From positions 116,374,001 to 116,438,000 of the forward strand of contig OX597818.1 in assembly GCA_951406725.2 (NCBI GenBank): a DNA stretch of 64,000 bases. The letters are read 5' to 3'. The notes under the pieces are model-generated. The model did no database searches and was not told where the DNA came from. It saw nothing but the letters and a program-made list of their open reading frames with translations. Positions 26,418 to 42,574 of the stretch are shown in pieces; position 1 is the first letter of the stretch, and every line of letters begins with the position of its first letter. This DNA is from Octopus vulgaris. Its lineage: Eukaryota. The position numbers and the translations under genes were made by a program.

Positions 26418-26619
26418 ATATGCATGCATTTATATAATCCGGTTAACACAAGCACTGACTGAAACTCCTTAAAAAGTGCAATAGGTACGTTACATAATTA
26501 TAAATATCAGCTTTACCAAAACCAGCGGATTACTCAGGTGTAACACCCTCTCGACAGAATTATCTGTCCAACAACGAAAGGCTGAGCAACAACTCACCTA
26601 CTACTACTACTACTACTAC

Positions 26620-26651
<32 letters not shown>

Positions 26652-28808
26652 TCCCAAAATGGCAACTGACAAAACTGTTATTGCTTTTTTTACCCACACC
26701 GTCCCTTTGAAACCGCTACATGTTCATTAAGTAAACTTCGTGCTGCCTGACTTTCGAGAAGTTTTGACAGTGAATAGGTCGCGGTTTCAAAGCGACGAAA
26801 ATATTCTGACACAAATGAAATGTTTATGTTGAAGTGAAACTAACGGTTTTTCTGTGATCTTGAATGGCTTACAAACACGTTCCACGCTGCAATTGTATTT
26901 GTTTCAGCACACGATCTCAGATCAAGTCAATTGCTATCCAAGTACATCTCCTTAATTTTATTTTTAAATCACTGTGGATAAATTCCAGCAATGACCTTCT
27001 CCAATATTTTAATTTCTAAACAGAAACAATTCGGGGACAGGGAGTGGGTTGCCAAAAATGCATAATTTCTCAAATTTTCTTCTTTAAAGCACGTAAATGT
27101 ATTTATAGGGAAAAATATTGAAAAAAATCAATACATGCGATAGTGATAAAGAAACGAGGTGGGTTGTCTTTGGATGTGCTAGAAACAACAGCCAAATCAC
27201 CCTTAAAACACTCACTTTTCTCTCTGAAAAAATTTTAACAATTTTATTATTGTCTTTTGTTACCGAAAAATGCTCTTCCCATGGTTTTGAAGTGCAAAAA
27301 AAGTAGGATGATGAGGTAGTGGGTTGTAAAATAAAAACAGAGTTTCACAACTTTTTCATACGAACATGCTGCTTCAACCCCATCATTTCGAAGGCTGTGG
27401 TTTTTAAAAAATGGGGAAAATCCCCGAAAACATTTCCCCCACAAATTTCTTTAAACTCGCAATCTATGCCACTTGAAAGAGATTTATATAAATTTTCATT
27501 AAAAAAATACCCATTTCCTGAAAGTTATGAGGGAAAAGTCAGATCATGGGAATTTTCAAAAACTCCTCTCACCACACCCTTGAAAAAACTCTTTCCCATA
27601 AATCCCTCAGCACTCTGAAGCCATAACTTTAAAGCGCTATTTGTAGAAAATTTTGCTAAAAATTATCCCTTTTTCTGGATGGTATGAGGCAACAGAATCT
27701 GGGACGTATACATCTGTAGTAATGCAATTTTATTTACTCGAATTTTTTCATTTCATGTTTATTTCATTCATTGTTTGCAATGTTCTTTCTATCCCACTTT
27801 CTCTCTCTCACACACACTCTGTAAAGCTTACAGATGGGCTGCTAAATTGTAATCTCTATGTTGCTTTGAGCGGAAGGCAAAACTTGACAAATTGCCCTCC
27901 CTCTGTTGTTGGACTACCCTGATGTTTGTTTAAAAGAGTTGATTAGATGGAGAGGAGGCCAGTTGATTAGATCGACCCCACCCTCAGTACGCCACTAGTA
28001 CTTAATTTATCGACTCCGAAAGGTTGAAAGGTAAAGTCGACCTCCGCGGAATTTGAACTCAGAACGTCGCGACAGACGAAATATCGCCAAGCATTTCGCC
28101 CAGCGTGCTAACGTTTCTGCCAGCTTGCCGCTTTGAAATATTCTTTTCTACTCTAGGTGCAAGGGCCGAAATTTTGGGGGAGGAGGCCAGTCGATTAGAT
28201 CGACCCCAGTACGCAACTGGCACTTAATTTATCAACCCTGAAAGGATGAAAGGCAAAGTCGACCTCGGTGGAATTTGAACTCAGAACGATTTTGCCAGCT
28301 CGCCGCCTTCCCGGCACACTAACCACTCTGCCATCTCGTCGCCTTTCTAACGTTACTGCCACACTCGCCCCCTTCGTATATGTCTTTTATTATCTTAGTT
28401 TTAGTTACGGCAAAGTCAAATTCGTTTAATCGGTCCCATGTTTAATGGCTAAATTTATTCATTTGCTGCAGAAGGATGTAACTACAGTACTGCTTCAAGT
28501 CGGATTTGAACTCAAAATTGTAAAAGACAAAAGTGAATATAGCAACATATTACAAGCGGAGTGTATTATATGGTTTTTGAATTTCAAAGACTGAATCTTA
28601 TATATCAAAACATATGAAAGTAAAAAAAAAAACGTACACAAATATTTATATATAGAGAGCTGTGTTCCTATCAAGATGAACCACGTGGCTTGTATTTTCG
28701 ATGTTGAAGTGTCTAAATATACATACGTCCATACATACATACACATATACATATGCATACATAGACACATGAGTGTCCATGTGTGTATGTGTGTGTGTAT
28801 ATATATAC

Positions 28809-28871
<63 letters not shown>

Positions 28872-29751
28872 TATATGCATACATAAAGACATATATTTTT
28901 GTCTGCACACGTACATATACACACGTACGTACACAGGAAAACACACATACACGTAAACACACACACACGCACACACACACACACACACACACATACACAC
29001 ACACACACACAGTTCGAGAAAAGGAGAAAGAGAGGAATTCCTAATATTATTTTTATATTCGCTCAGTTTTCATTCTTTGTCAATAATCAAGATTTCTCGT
29101 ATAAGGTGAATAGATTTTTTGGTAGAATCTCCGTTAACTGGCAGATTATCGATCTTATCTTATAGAAGAAAACATCAAACTTTATGCAACAAGTATATAT
29201 AACGGCTAAATTAATAAGATTGATTACAGAACGGACGAAACTTTATAATGGCAAAAAATAAAATATCTGTTAAAGCATAAAAAATTGATCGGGATTTCTC
29301 TTATCTGTTACCATTTTTTCTTCAAATTAACAGTAGTTTTCTTTTTTTAGCCATACATTTAATTTTTCGTTATTTCACCAAAAGACGAGATATTATTATT
29401 ATTATTTTTGTTTACTTTATTTAACGCTGATTCATATTATGTCTGTATATGTGAATACCGTTGTCTGAGCGTGCGTGCAAAATAAATATATATATTTGCG
29501 TGGGCTGCGGGTGGGGCTGGTATTTAACATTTTATTTGCGATCGATTTACATCGGTAATTTAATTTTCTGTTTATATTTTCATAATTTTAAAATCAATTA
29601 TTTTTTTTCTTCGTATTCAATATTAATAATTTTAGTTTCTCAAATACATACCATACATCTGCTCTCACTCATTCTTCTTTTCTCTCTCCCTCTTTCTCTT
29701 TCACTCTACACACACACAGTTTCTCATTCACAACACAGGCATATATATATG

Positions 29752-29811
<60 letters not shown>

Positions 29812-29843
29812 AACATATATATATGTATAATATATGTATATAA

Positions 29844-30065
29844 GTTTGAGGAACAAAGAAGAGACGCGCTTAAAGACAAGAGACGCAAGAGGAAGGCGCG
29901 AGCCGCCTCTAACACCACACCAGATGTTACCTTCATCTGTAGACACTGCTCACGGACCTGTCTTTCCTATATATCGGACTTGTCAGTTACGAGCGTGCAT
30001 GCTCGCAACGTGGACAGCCTTCCTGATCTTCGTCCGCGAAGCCGAGCCATGATGATAATGATGAT
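29844..30065 (+). mobile_element. RTE-clade LINE 3' fragment with C-terminal zinc finger and (ATG)n tail
   Basis: FEEQRRDALKDKRRKRKAR...FICRHCSRTCLSY then (frameshifted) IGLVSYERAC; short 3'UTR ending ATGATGATAATGATGAT. Confidence 0.75.
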
Positions 30066-30378
30066 ATATATATACTCTCACACACAAACACTCGCTTATG
30101 CTGTGGCATGCATTTTGTGGACAACAGCGTCGATTCGTATAGGTTTTCAGTTGGTCAGTCAATAGTTGTTTGCAATTTTAGAGGCGTGAGTTATAAGGGA
30201 AACAACAGCAAAGGTAGATAACTGCGATAATATTAAACAACTAAATATTTTTTAGAAAATACAGATCGCGACGATAAAAGTATGTTGTCTTGAAAGATAA
30301 CTGCTGATTGCAATGGATATATTTCCGTTGCATTTATATCTTTTGCTAAGCATATTGGCAAAACCTGGAAGTGACCTC

Positions 30379-30418
<40 letters not shown>

Positions 30419-31928
30419 TGTATATATATTTCTTTTTTGTCCACAGGGGGCTAAATATAAAGGGGACAAATAAGGAATGACAAAGAGTTTCAATCGATTA
30501 CATCGACCCCAGTGCGTAACTGGTACTTATTTAATCGACTCCGAAAGGATGAAAGGCAAAGTCGACCTCGGTGGAGTTTGAACTCAGAACGTAACGCTAG
30601 ACGAAATACCACTGAGCATTTCGCCCGGCGTGTTAACGATTCTGCCAGCTCGCCGCCCTGGTCAATCTCTCATCAACTTCAAGTGTCACTTGAAGCGGAA
30701 GGTAAGAGTAGAGAGGTAAATTTTGTCTAGTGAGTGCTTCAAAAAATAAAAAAAAAGATGGGTGAATGTAGCAAGGATGGCACGTGTGAATGACGGAGCC
30801 AGCTGGAGCATAATCCTAAGAACCAAAAAAAAAAAGGAAAAGAGAGAGTCACTTATTGTAATGTGTTTTTTTTGCATGACATTATTGTCCAAGGTGACCG
30901 TGGTCTTTTCTTTAGGCTTTTCTTTCCACGGATAAATCTAATCTGTTTTCCCTTTTTAAATCGACATTTCTGTGATACACGATCCCTCACGATCCCTCTT
31001 GATCGAAATTCGACCCACTTTTTTTCTCTTCTTCTTCTTCCCCAAAAGAAAAGCTCTACTTTGTATTTTGTCCCTTCTGTGTTCCGCCCTGTGTGGCCAA
31101 TAAAGAAACATATATACACATATATATATATACACAGAAAGGGAATGCGCCGATGATGAGAGAACAATATGGCGGAGAGAAAATAAATCACGCGAGAATC
31201 GTCTAGTCCACTTAGCTCTATATTAGAGCATTTGTAAGGATAGATGAATTAGATGTTATGAAATAACGCGGTGTGTTTCTTACAATGCGAAGCGCGAATT
31301 AATAATTTATCACATTTTTTAATACATTTTGAGTGAATTACACATCTTCAGAGGAACAAAACAGTTAACGAATTATGAGACAGAGGTGATCGTTAGATGC
31401 GATCTGGATATTTCATTGATGAATATTTTGTACTATCACCAAACTAAATTACTATTTTATCTTTTATGTTGTCTGCGCGATATTTCTTTAAAACAATTTC
31501 TATTTTGTATACATCGCTCACTGCTTTTTCCCTATATGAGTAATGGATATAACAAGTATTTTGTACGCTGGTGCTTTTCAGCTCATCGTTTTCGATCTAA
31601 AAACGTTAATCATCCGTTATAATTAGTGCATCAGAAGGCAAAGTTTTCATGTTGTAATCTTCCAACACAGCATGTAATGGGATTAGTATTGAAGTCAGAA
31701 TATTGAGAGAATATCGACATTCGTTTTTCCTTTGCGTCTTAGGTTTCTAAAAATACCAAAGCGCAACCTTACTTCGTATTATTAGTCAATACTGCGTTTC
31801 TGACATCTGGGTCATTGGAAGTACTTGTGCCAAAAAGCTAGAAATACACCGCTGGTAATCAAATTTAGAACCACACATACTGATACATACACACACACAT
31901 ACATACATACATACATACATACATACAT

Positions 31929-31977
<49 letters not shown>

Positions 31978-34900
31978 AATATATATTTATATATATATTT
32001 GTACATATATACACACATACATAAATACATACATAGAATTGATAACTGCATATACATATATATATATATATATATATATGCGTATGTTTACGTAGTTAAT
32101 CATTTGTAGAAATTACTTGTAAAAGGTTGACCGCCGCTTATTTAAAAATAGCAGCCCATTAGACTGGCAATAGGACAAGATCACTTTGAGGTCAACGATG
32201 CGGTCATGTCCTATGAGCTCCATCGTGTCCGTGGTCAGGTTATTCATCTTACAGCTAGAATTATCTACATTTGTGTCTAATTGGTTCGCAGTTTAGGAAT
32301 AATTAGATATTCTCATCAGCGAAAACACTGTTCATTTGACAAATGTTTACTTAACACACATGCGTTCAATATCGCTTCTGCTTTAAGTGGTTGAGATGTA
32401 AAATTTGACAATAACTTGAGATAACATCATGACATATATAAACCGTCACGTTTTACTCTGGAAGCACGTTCTCTTTTCCTCGGTTTCCTAATCTAATTGT
32501 ATAATTATTTCAAATTACGCACATGATCAGCAAGTTCAGGAAACGGGATAAGTCGATTACATCGATGCCAGGGCTCCACCGGAACTTATTTTATGAGCCT
32601 CGAAAGGGACAAAAGCAAAGTCGACCTCGGTGAAATTTGAACTCAGAACGTGTTTCTAATTTTATATTAGTGTGCGAACATGGTAATTTGTATGCATTGC
32701 TGTAAATTATTCCAGCGCTCGGAGCTCAAATCCAATCGAAGTCGATCTCCGTGTCCTTCTTTCACGTTCGATCAATTGAGTGCCGTTTCATCGTGGAATG
32801 GCGAAATTGTATGACCGCCGGAAGTGATAATTTAAACATGTTTCGATTTCTAAGTTCGAATTCCGCGAAGGTGCCGGGGATCAGAAATAATCAACAGGAC
32901 ACAATCATACTATTATTGGTCAAAAAGAACGGGTAACATTATAACCAGCAGTGATAAGCAGTTGCCGTGTCTTAGCAAACAATAACACCTGTTAGTGCTA
33001 TCTCAAAAGCTGGTGGTTTTCGTTACCATTTTAACATCGCTACCTTACTAGTCTGTTATAAATTTCAGAATAATTGTTTTCTGGTTCAAGTGTTTTCGAT
33101 TTTGAGAAAACGCCATCAATTTTGAGGATAGGAGAAGCCGTGACTTAGATCGAAAAGAGTCGGATGAAATACCGCTAAGCATTCTGTCCGGCTCGGTAAT
33201 GATTCTTCCAGATCGCTCGCTCGCTTTCCTCTTTCAAATAATCCTTGGCCTGAAATCCTGGGAAGGGAACTACTCGATTATATCGGCCCTCAGGCTTGAT
33301 TGCTACTTATTTTACCGAAACCGTAAGGATTAAAGGCAAAGACGACCTCAGCAGAATCTGGATTTATATAGTAAAAGGATACGTTAAACTGGCTCTTCGT
33401 CAGTTACGCTGGTGCGTGTTTCTGTTCATCCGATTAACTGAACTCTCTGTTCGTGAAATTAACGTGCAAGCAACTGAGAACTCCGCAAACATGTGTACCC
33501 ATAACGTAGTTTTCAGGGAGATTCAACGTGACAGAGAATGTGATAAGGTGACCCTTATCTGCTCATTTTTGCTAGTTGAGTGGAGAGCAACGTAATATAA
33601 AATGTTTTGTCAAGGGCACAACCCGTTGCCAGAAATCGAACTTACGACTTTACGATCGCGAGCCGAACTCCTTTACCACTCAGCCACACATGTTCCCAAA
33701 AGATACATTAAAGCGTTGCTTTCTACCAAAGTAACACACGTACAGTAGTTTCTTCCTCTCTCCTTTATATCTATATTCAACATAGGTGTAGCCCTTCCTT
33801 ATATTACTAAACAATGAAATATAATTGGTTATAAAAACGACTTTTCTTAGATTCCCTAAATAATAAAAAATAGCATTTCAGTTAAACTCTCAATAGAAGA
33901 GATTATTATTCAATCCTGATATAAATAATTGGTTCTGAGGGTAGATTTTACGACGGTATGTCACGTCCATATCTTTCCACTATTTTACGTGCGTGAAGTG
34001 TCTGAGCAGAAACTGTAAATGTGTCTGTGTTTGTTTGAATGGCGCCTTGTATCGGCTTCTGTGACAATCGAAAAAGTTTATATTTATAGTAAAACTAATA
34101 AAGTTATATCAGAGAGAAAGAGAGAGAGAGAGGGTGGGATAAACATATAAAGAGAGAGAGAGAGAGACAGACAGACAAAAAGACAAAGATATTTTAAATA
34201 TAGTGGACGCATTAGTTGGGTAAACTTGTCTGCATTTCCACGCACACCCTTGTCTCACGAAATAATTTCTTCTGCAATGATGCGAATGTCAAAACTTTTC
34301 AACGTTCTTTCACATTAAAAATCTCAGTAAAACCACCAATGTGAAAAAATCTTCTATTAATATTCCACACTAGTTAGATTACTGTTCCTTAGTACAGGCG
34401 GATCACTGTACATTATGGTTGTATAATAATGCTAGTATTTGTTTTTGCAAGTAATGGAGGAATTTTGCCAAAGCCGCAGTTGTTTTTGGCGTGGGTTTTA
34501 TTTTTTGGCAAAAGCAAATGAAATATTGCTATATTTTATATTTGTAAATGTGTAGGAAGATGTACGATGTATATGTTTCATTTCGGTTTATGATTATGCT
34601 TTGGACAGTTGAAAAGCATCTCTGCATCGTATATTCTATTAGTGCTTTGGTTCCGGTGCTAATGCGATTATTAGTGTTTATTTATTATATTTTTTTTGTT
34701 TGAAGATGTTCATCTATTTTTGTTGTTTTAATTTTTAAAAACATTTTGTTTTGTTCTGATTGTTCTTGTATTTAATCATATTTCGTTTTCATAGAGTATA
34801 AAGTTTTGCTGTTGTTCATATTTTAGGAATTATTGAGAAACCATCGACCAGACAGCTTGTTGTTTACCTACCATAAACAACAAGCGCCACCCCACCGTCT

Positions 34901-35651
34901 TTCAAAGAATGGGGAGGAGATTAAATCTAAACAAGACTTTCAAATTTTTGAAAAGAATCTGAAGGGCAAAATGAGGAAACTCAAAGAAAAATAAAATGAG
35001 CGAATTCCAACAAAAGCTAACCAGGAAAGGTAAATAGGAGCCCGACCACAGAATAATGAATTCATGGGTTATACAGTCTTTTACTAATGGCTGAAGGGCA
35101 ACGATTTCCAGACGATGGTCAAAGTATTGCCGAATGGGAAAATAATAGAAGATAAATACAAATAAGTGACTGATAGATTATTACTGAAATTTCCAAGAGC
35201 ATGCTATGAATATTAAACAAATCGTAGCCGGATACTGATTGTGTAACCCACCCAAGACAAAACGTTCCGAGTTAGGATGTTTTTAGTTGCATCAGATCTC
35301 AGAACGAAGCATGCTGGAAAGGAAAAATTGTGGATTGCTCCGGCTCAAATTAGTATGAAGTTTAGACACATTTTTATAAATGGATTAATATGAATACTTC
35401 TGTGTATTTACTACTGTCATGTCTTGTATTAATGACACAATATATTTTTCTTTATTAATTTCATATTTCATTAAAACTTTAATCCATATATTTCACAGCA
35501 CTCTCGCATCACGCAGTGATTCTATAAAAACTTGTTTTCCCAAGGCGGTACACAGTGTAATTCAACCACGGTTTACAGTGATTGTTGTTTGTATGTATGA
35601 TATATCGTGATCAGGGGCGTAGCTAGGATAAATGGAAATAGAAAGAATGAT

Positions 35652-35652
<1 letters not shown>

Positions 35653-35713
<61 letters not shown>

Positions 35714-35721
35714 TGATGATG

Positions 35722-35762
<41 letters not shown>

Positions 35763-35772
35763 AATAATAACA

Positions 35773-35804
<32 letters not shown>

Positions 35805-35869
35805 AATAATAATAATAATAATTATTATTATTATTATTATTATTATTGTTGTTGTTGTTGTTGTTGTTG

Positions 35870-35912
<43 letters not shown>
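35653..35912. repeat. Inverted compound microsatellite (AAT/GAT)n then (ATT/GTT)n
   Basis: Strand polarity flips near 35820. Confidence 0.9.
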
Positions 35913-35913
<1 letters not shown>

Positions 35914-36489
35914 TGTTGCTAACTTGTTTGGAATCATTATCAAAACACAGTGAGCTGGCAGAATTATTACAGAATGCTTAGCAGTATTTTGTCTGTCTTT
36001 ACGTTCTGAGTTCAAATTCCGTCGAGGTCAACTTTACATGTCATCCTAACGTAGTTGATAAAACAAGTGAGTCGAACACTGGTCTCGAAAGAACCGACTA
36101 GCCCTCCCCTCCCTCACCAAATTGCCTGACCCTCAATAACTTCTCATCTCAGAGTTCTTTGATTTTCTTCCCTATCATTATTGACATAAACGTCTCCCTT
36201 TTCCTTCCTTTCTTCTCTTTTCCTTATTTCCTTCCGTTTTGTTTTATTTCTATTTTTGTTGCATTATTTTTAGTTCTCTCTCCCTCTTGTATATATGCTC
36301 GCTGTCTGCCATCGCTTGTAATTATAATTATGAATGATGACTGTACCAATTAACGGATGACCCACCTTACAGAAATGTAATTCAAACTCCACGTCACCTA
36401 CGACCTCATCCTCTCCCTACCCCTCCCTCCACTCCTCCCTGAACACACACACACACATATGTATATATATATGTGTGTTTGTGTGCATG

Positions 36490-36529
<40 letters not shown>

Positions 36530-36909
36530 CTTAAACACACGTATTTAGGCATATATGCAAATGTGTATGTGTGTGTGCATGTGTATATGCGTGTGTGAAT
36601 GTGCATATGTGCATGTGTGCGCAACTGTGTGTGGGCGTAAATAACTGTGTGTGTGCATAAAGAGATTTGTTGATTCCATGGACAGTTCTCAGTTACAATT
36701 AGATTGTATTATTAACAGGAAATATTTTCTGCCAGGCCATTTGCAGACAAACGATCACAACTTTAGAAATTGTGCTCCGAGTTACAAATACATTTTTGTG
36801 CATTTATATAAAACAAATATCACATAAAAATGTCTGCTCAACATTACACAAACAAAAAGCGGAAAATTATGAGATGAGTTAGAAGCACATGTGCACGTGT
36901 GTATGATAT

Positions 36910-37260
36910 CATTCTCTACTCATGACGGTACGTAGAAGGGGAATGGAAAAACCACAACATTCGTTGTAAGTTAGAGACAAGTAGCAACAACGTGCCAATG
37001 ATATGGCCTCACGGTAAAGACAAAACATTGACAACGGGCCAACGAGGCTGCATCGATGAGTTAATGGTGGAATATTCACAAGATGGAATTTCCTTAAATT
37101 GCTCATCCTGCAATGAAAGCTGGCCACGCTGAAACAGGACGTACATTTGTGTAGCGTAGTCCTAGATGCACAATGGCTGGAAAAATATAGGAGGTCATGG
37201 CTAGAATACTCTGGGTACTTATCGATCAGAATAGAACTAGCGCTACACAATATCTTCTAG
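36910..37260 (-). mobile_element. Possible degenerate CR1/L2-group LINE C-terminal remnant
   Basis: NIPPLTHR...LSMFCLY loosely resembles the LxPLxHRR...LxxFYxY motif; weak. Confidence 0.3.
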
Positions 37261-37340
37261 GGAGAGTAAAAGAGAAAACAACTGTTCTCCAAGAAATTGA
37301 TAAGTATTGTACCTGATAAGGAAATATGTATGTATATATA

Positions 37341-37484
<144 letters not shown>

Positions 37485-37729
37485 CATGTGTTTGTCTGTG
37501 CTTTTCCCCTGCTCCCGATTGGCAACTAGTCTTGATGTGTTTGTCCCGAACCGTAGCGGTCCGTCAAAATAAATCGATAGAATATATACCAGACTTTAAA
37601 AACGTAATTACTTGGATCGATTCATGCAACTAACATTCTTCAAAGCGGTCTCCCAGCATGGATGCAATCTAATAACAGAATTAGATAGGAAAAAATAACC
37701 CACAAGGAAACAAAAGATAAGGTACATAT

Positions 37730-38145
37730 CAGGAACGTGCCGCTTAGGTGGACAAGGTAGACAGTACCTAGCTTGAATAAAATAGAACAATAGCAACATT
37801 TTCCTCTCATGTCAAAAAATATGCACTTAATTCAATAAAACTATAAATGTTACTCAGCTTACTATGCATAAAATGCCAAATATTATATTTTTTATAGATT
37901 AGGTAGGCATAATTCGCTCCTGCCTTTCAATCTCAGTATTAAAACTACACATAGGACTGCTGTGGTACACGTGCTGCATACATTCCTACAACAACGTTTT
38001 CTTTACACCATATAAAGGCAGAAGTAAATCTATCTTCAACTAAGTCACGTGCGTGTGTTTCGCTTATTTTTTTTTCGTGTGTGTGTTTTACTATGTACAC
38101 GTCACCAACTGCCTACCCTGGGTAATAACTGACGGAACGTTCCTG
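37730..38145. mobile_element. hAT-like MITE
   Basis: TIRs CAGGAACGTGCCG / CGGAACGTTCCTG; 8-bp TSD GTACATAT / ATACATAT; subterminal GGTAGRCA motifs. Confidence 0.65.
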
Positions 38146-38228
38146 ATACATATATTGGCAGAAATGGCAAGGGAAAAAATAAAACTACAGATTTTACTCG
38201 AACGAATGCAAAGAACATACATCTTGCA

Positions 38229-38650
<422 letters not shown>

Positions 38651-39429
38651 ATCTTGCATTCATTTTGCGCGGCTGAGTGTTAAGAAAATGCGCAGGTGTG
38701 ACTGAGTGGTAATAAGTAGGCTTTCCAACGTTAGAGTTTCGGGTTCAATCCCACTGCGTGGCACCTTGGTGAATGTTTTCTACCGTAGCCTCGGTTCACC
38801 TAAAGCTTTGTGAGTGTATCTGATTGGTGGAAACTGAATGAAGCCCATCGTGTATACATAGAGTGTGTATCTGTGTTTCTGTGAATGTGTTTGTCGCCCC
38901 CAGAGCTTGGGAACTGGTTTTGGTGTGATCACGATCTGGTAATCTAGCAGTTCGGTAAACTACATCGATAAAATAAGTAAAAGGTATAAAAACATGTAAT
39001 GGGGTGGGGTGAGTTTTTCAATAAAATTCTTCTACGTGGTGCCACAGCATGGCCGCAGTCTGATGACTGAAACAAGTAAAAGGTAAAAGATATTAGCTTA
39101 AGAGTCATACTTCGTGACTTCAGATTTCATATTACGGAAAAAATAAAAGAATATTTTTCCCATGACGAAACAAATACCACGTGACATAATATTTTCACCT
39201 GTAAATTACTTATTCATAATGAGATATGTTATGGAAATATGTTATGTATCGTGTGTAGCATTTCCTCGTCTGATCATCTTTCGGAAACAGGTCTGCAACG
39301 TGAAACCTGAAGTCATGAAATGTTACTGTTTAGGCAATAATTATTTATGTATGCTTACATGCATGTACACACAAAACACACATACACATACACGCAAATA
39401 AATATACACACATAGAGATACGTAAATAA

Positions 39430-39503
<74 letters not shown>

Positions 39504-39727
39504 ACATATATGTATGTACATGTGTATGGCAGCATATATATGTATAAGCAGACGTGCTTCCGTTTTAAGGAAGCTCGATTCTCAAACATGGCTCTTTAGT
39601 TCCAATGGGTGATAGGTAACCCTGGCGATTGACTTCTATTCTTGCCCTGGGCCGATTAAAGCCCTTTAAGTGGACTACGTAGACTGAAATTGTGCGGAAG
39701 CTAATCCTGTTTATATATGTATGCATG

Positions 39728-39838
<111 letters not shown>

Positions 39839-39934
39839 GGTGTGTGTGTATGTATATGTACACATATTTAAACACGATTAGCTCCCATACTATTTCAGTC
39901 TACCTAATATACTTACATGATTGATCGCTAAAAC

Positions 39935-40113
39935 CTCAAGGTTTTTTTCATTCTCCTTCTGTTTATTTTCTCTTATTTCTTTCTGTTGAAGAGCGTAGAC
40001 TCGAAACGTAAAAGACTTTCTCACCTTCCCGAGTGTCAAACTAATACGCCTGCTTCTTGTTTATACACCTGTCTCCGTCTTTTGTTTTTTTCTGTACATT
40101 TGTACATTTCAAC
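39935..40113 (+). mobile_element. Hammerhead-like repeat family B copy
   Basis: CTTT CTGTTGA AGAG..CTC GAAACGTA AAAG at 39979-40014 (A6 replaced by U). Ends at (TA)n. Homologous to 63287-63457. Confidence 0.55.
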
Positions 40114-40803
40114 TATATATATATATATGTGTGTGTGTATGTGTGTGTGTATGTCTATGAAAATATGTGTGAGTGCGCATGTGTGTATCTTTGTGCTTCG
40201 TTTATCATCCCTACGCTTGACAAGCGAACGAAGGGGCCTCTAAAAATTAACCGAGATGCTATAAATAGCAGCCCTGTCTCCCTAAAACTAAACCTTAATA
40301 TCATTAATGTACAACACAACAGCTTGACAAATTTAAAACCTGATATACGAACACCAAAATGGAATAAGTCATCGGAATGTCTTGAAGGAAGCACTTTGGC
40401 CATATATCTGCTCACTCTGATGTAAAGCACAACAACGAATACACAAATAATTACTCTTGCCTAATGTTACAGAAAACATGTGGAATATTTGAGTTAATTC
40501 CCCAGAAGTATGGTTCCCGAATGTATGCCTTCACCTAAGAAATGTCACAAAGCACAGTAGGATTCGTTGTACACAAAGTAGCGACACCTCACTCCTACAA
40601 TCTTTGTAAATATTTCGACAGCGCATATGATTAGATTAGACAATATATTTTCACGAAAGAAACCAAAGCAGAGAAAGAGAAAAACAGAAAATAAAAAGGT
40701 GTCTCAAGAAAAAAGAATGGCAGAAAAGTAAACCCGGCCACTTAGAAAACAAGAAACCAATGTATTATGTATATAAGTCGGTACAAACGCAGTGTCCGTG
40801 CGT

Positions 40804-40908
<105 letters not shown>

Positions 40909-40954
40909 ATTATATATATGAATAATTATATATATGTGTGTAGGTGCGTGTCCG

Positions 40955-41128
<174 letters not shown>

Positions 41129-41751
41129 TCACACCTAAATATTGATCGGTATTTTACTTTACGAAATGTCTGCCGTATTTCTTATTAAGTTTTATCATCA
41201 GATAAAAACAAAGTGAAGTTTACTTATTTTCGTAAAATAACAAACACTTCGTGCACATTTCTCTTTTATTGTTGCTTGCTTCAGAGAATCCATTAAAACT
41301 TGTAAACAGGGTGTGTGATAAAACGCGTAATTCACATTTCCTGAATGTATCAATTCCCCTTGCGGTGCTGGCGCCGGAGCCGGTTCAGTCAATGATGTCC
41401 TCTGTGAGTGTCGAAGATGGCGGTTGCGATTGTCAACGTCGCTTGGTAATTTACTTTTCGTTAGATAGATGTGTATATATATTGACAAATAGACAGTTAG
41501 TCAGATAGTAAAGTAGATAGAAAAATTCACTTATTCATGTAAAAGTCATGGACATCGATATAAATTTCCTAACAACTTTTTGGTAAATATTGTTTCGTCG
41601 ATAGATAAACACAATCACTTATGTTTTCGTGAATCTAACTCTGCAATTAATTAAACTTGTATTGTCACTAGTGTATATCAAGATGTGATTTCTATAAAAT
41701 ATTTTGAGCCACCTTCTTTTTGGTAATGTGATAAAAATTGATTGTAGTATA

Positions 41752-42147
41752 TTCTTTTCTACTCTAGGCACAAGGCCCGAAATACTGAGGAAGGGCCAGT
41801 CTATTAGATCGACCTCTGTACGCAACTGGTACTTAATTTATCGAACCCGAAAGGATGACAGGTAAAGTCGACCTCGGCGGAATTTGAACTCAGAACGTAA
41901 AGACAGACGAAATACTATTTCTTTACTACCACAAGGGGCTAAACACAGAGACGACAAACAAGGACAGACAGACGGATTAAGTCGATTATATCGACCCCAC
42001 TGTGTAAATGGTACTTATTTAATCGACCCCGAAAGGATGAAAGGTAAAGACGACCTCGGCGGAATTTGAACTCAGAACGTAACGGCAGACGAAATACCGC
42101 TAAGCATTTCGCCCGGCGTGCTAACATTTCAACCGGCTTGCCGCCTT
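41752..42147 (-). mobile_element. SINE dimer (tail-A unit joined into tail-B unit)
   Basis: Minus-strand junction GAAATA|GTATTTCG at 41916/41915. Confidence 0.8.
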
Positions 42148-42401
42148 TGAATATAGTATATTGTATATTGTGTGGATAACTCATTGGTTTGTAGGTTTTC
42201 TTCATTCTCACCTCGTATTTTCTCATTCTCAATATCCATTTTACGACTCAAAATTCTGAATGTAAACGTTAAATTCATCGTAAAATAGTTTGTTTTCCAC
42301 TTCGGTCGTGTTTCGTATTTGAATGTTTGCACGATCGTTACTGCATCAAATGGTGTATCTTTGTGCCCAGGTGATTTAATATATGCATAAACGCATTTGA
42401 C

Positions 42402-42437
<36 letters not shown>

Positions 42438-42574
42438 ACACACGCACACACACAGACAGACAGACACACACACACACACACACATACAGTGTATAATGGG
42501 CATATCCATATCGGTCGGAAAATCTTCATCTCATGTAGTGACCACGAACGATTTCTTCCAGAAATTGTATATTT

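Noticed and set aside
34856-34886. Perfect 12-bp hairpin GCTTGTTGTTTA/TAAACAACAAGC
   Set aside because: Isolated, with no associated element or motif; could be chance or a transposon remnant.
35612-35628. hAT-like terminus CAGGGGCGTAGCTAGG
   Set aside because: No partner TIR or TSD found nearby.
41330-41450. GC-rich island, possible exon (TEPAPAPAPQGE on minus strand, Cys-containing on plus strand)
   Set aside because: No convincing splice-site pair or recognisable homology.
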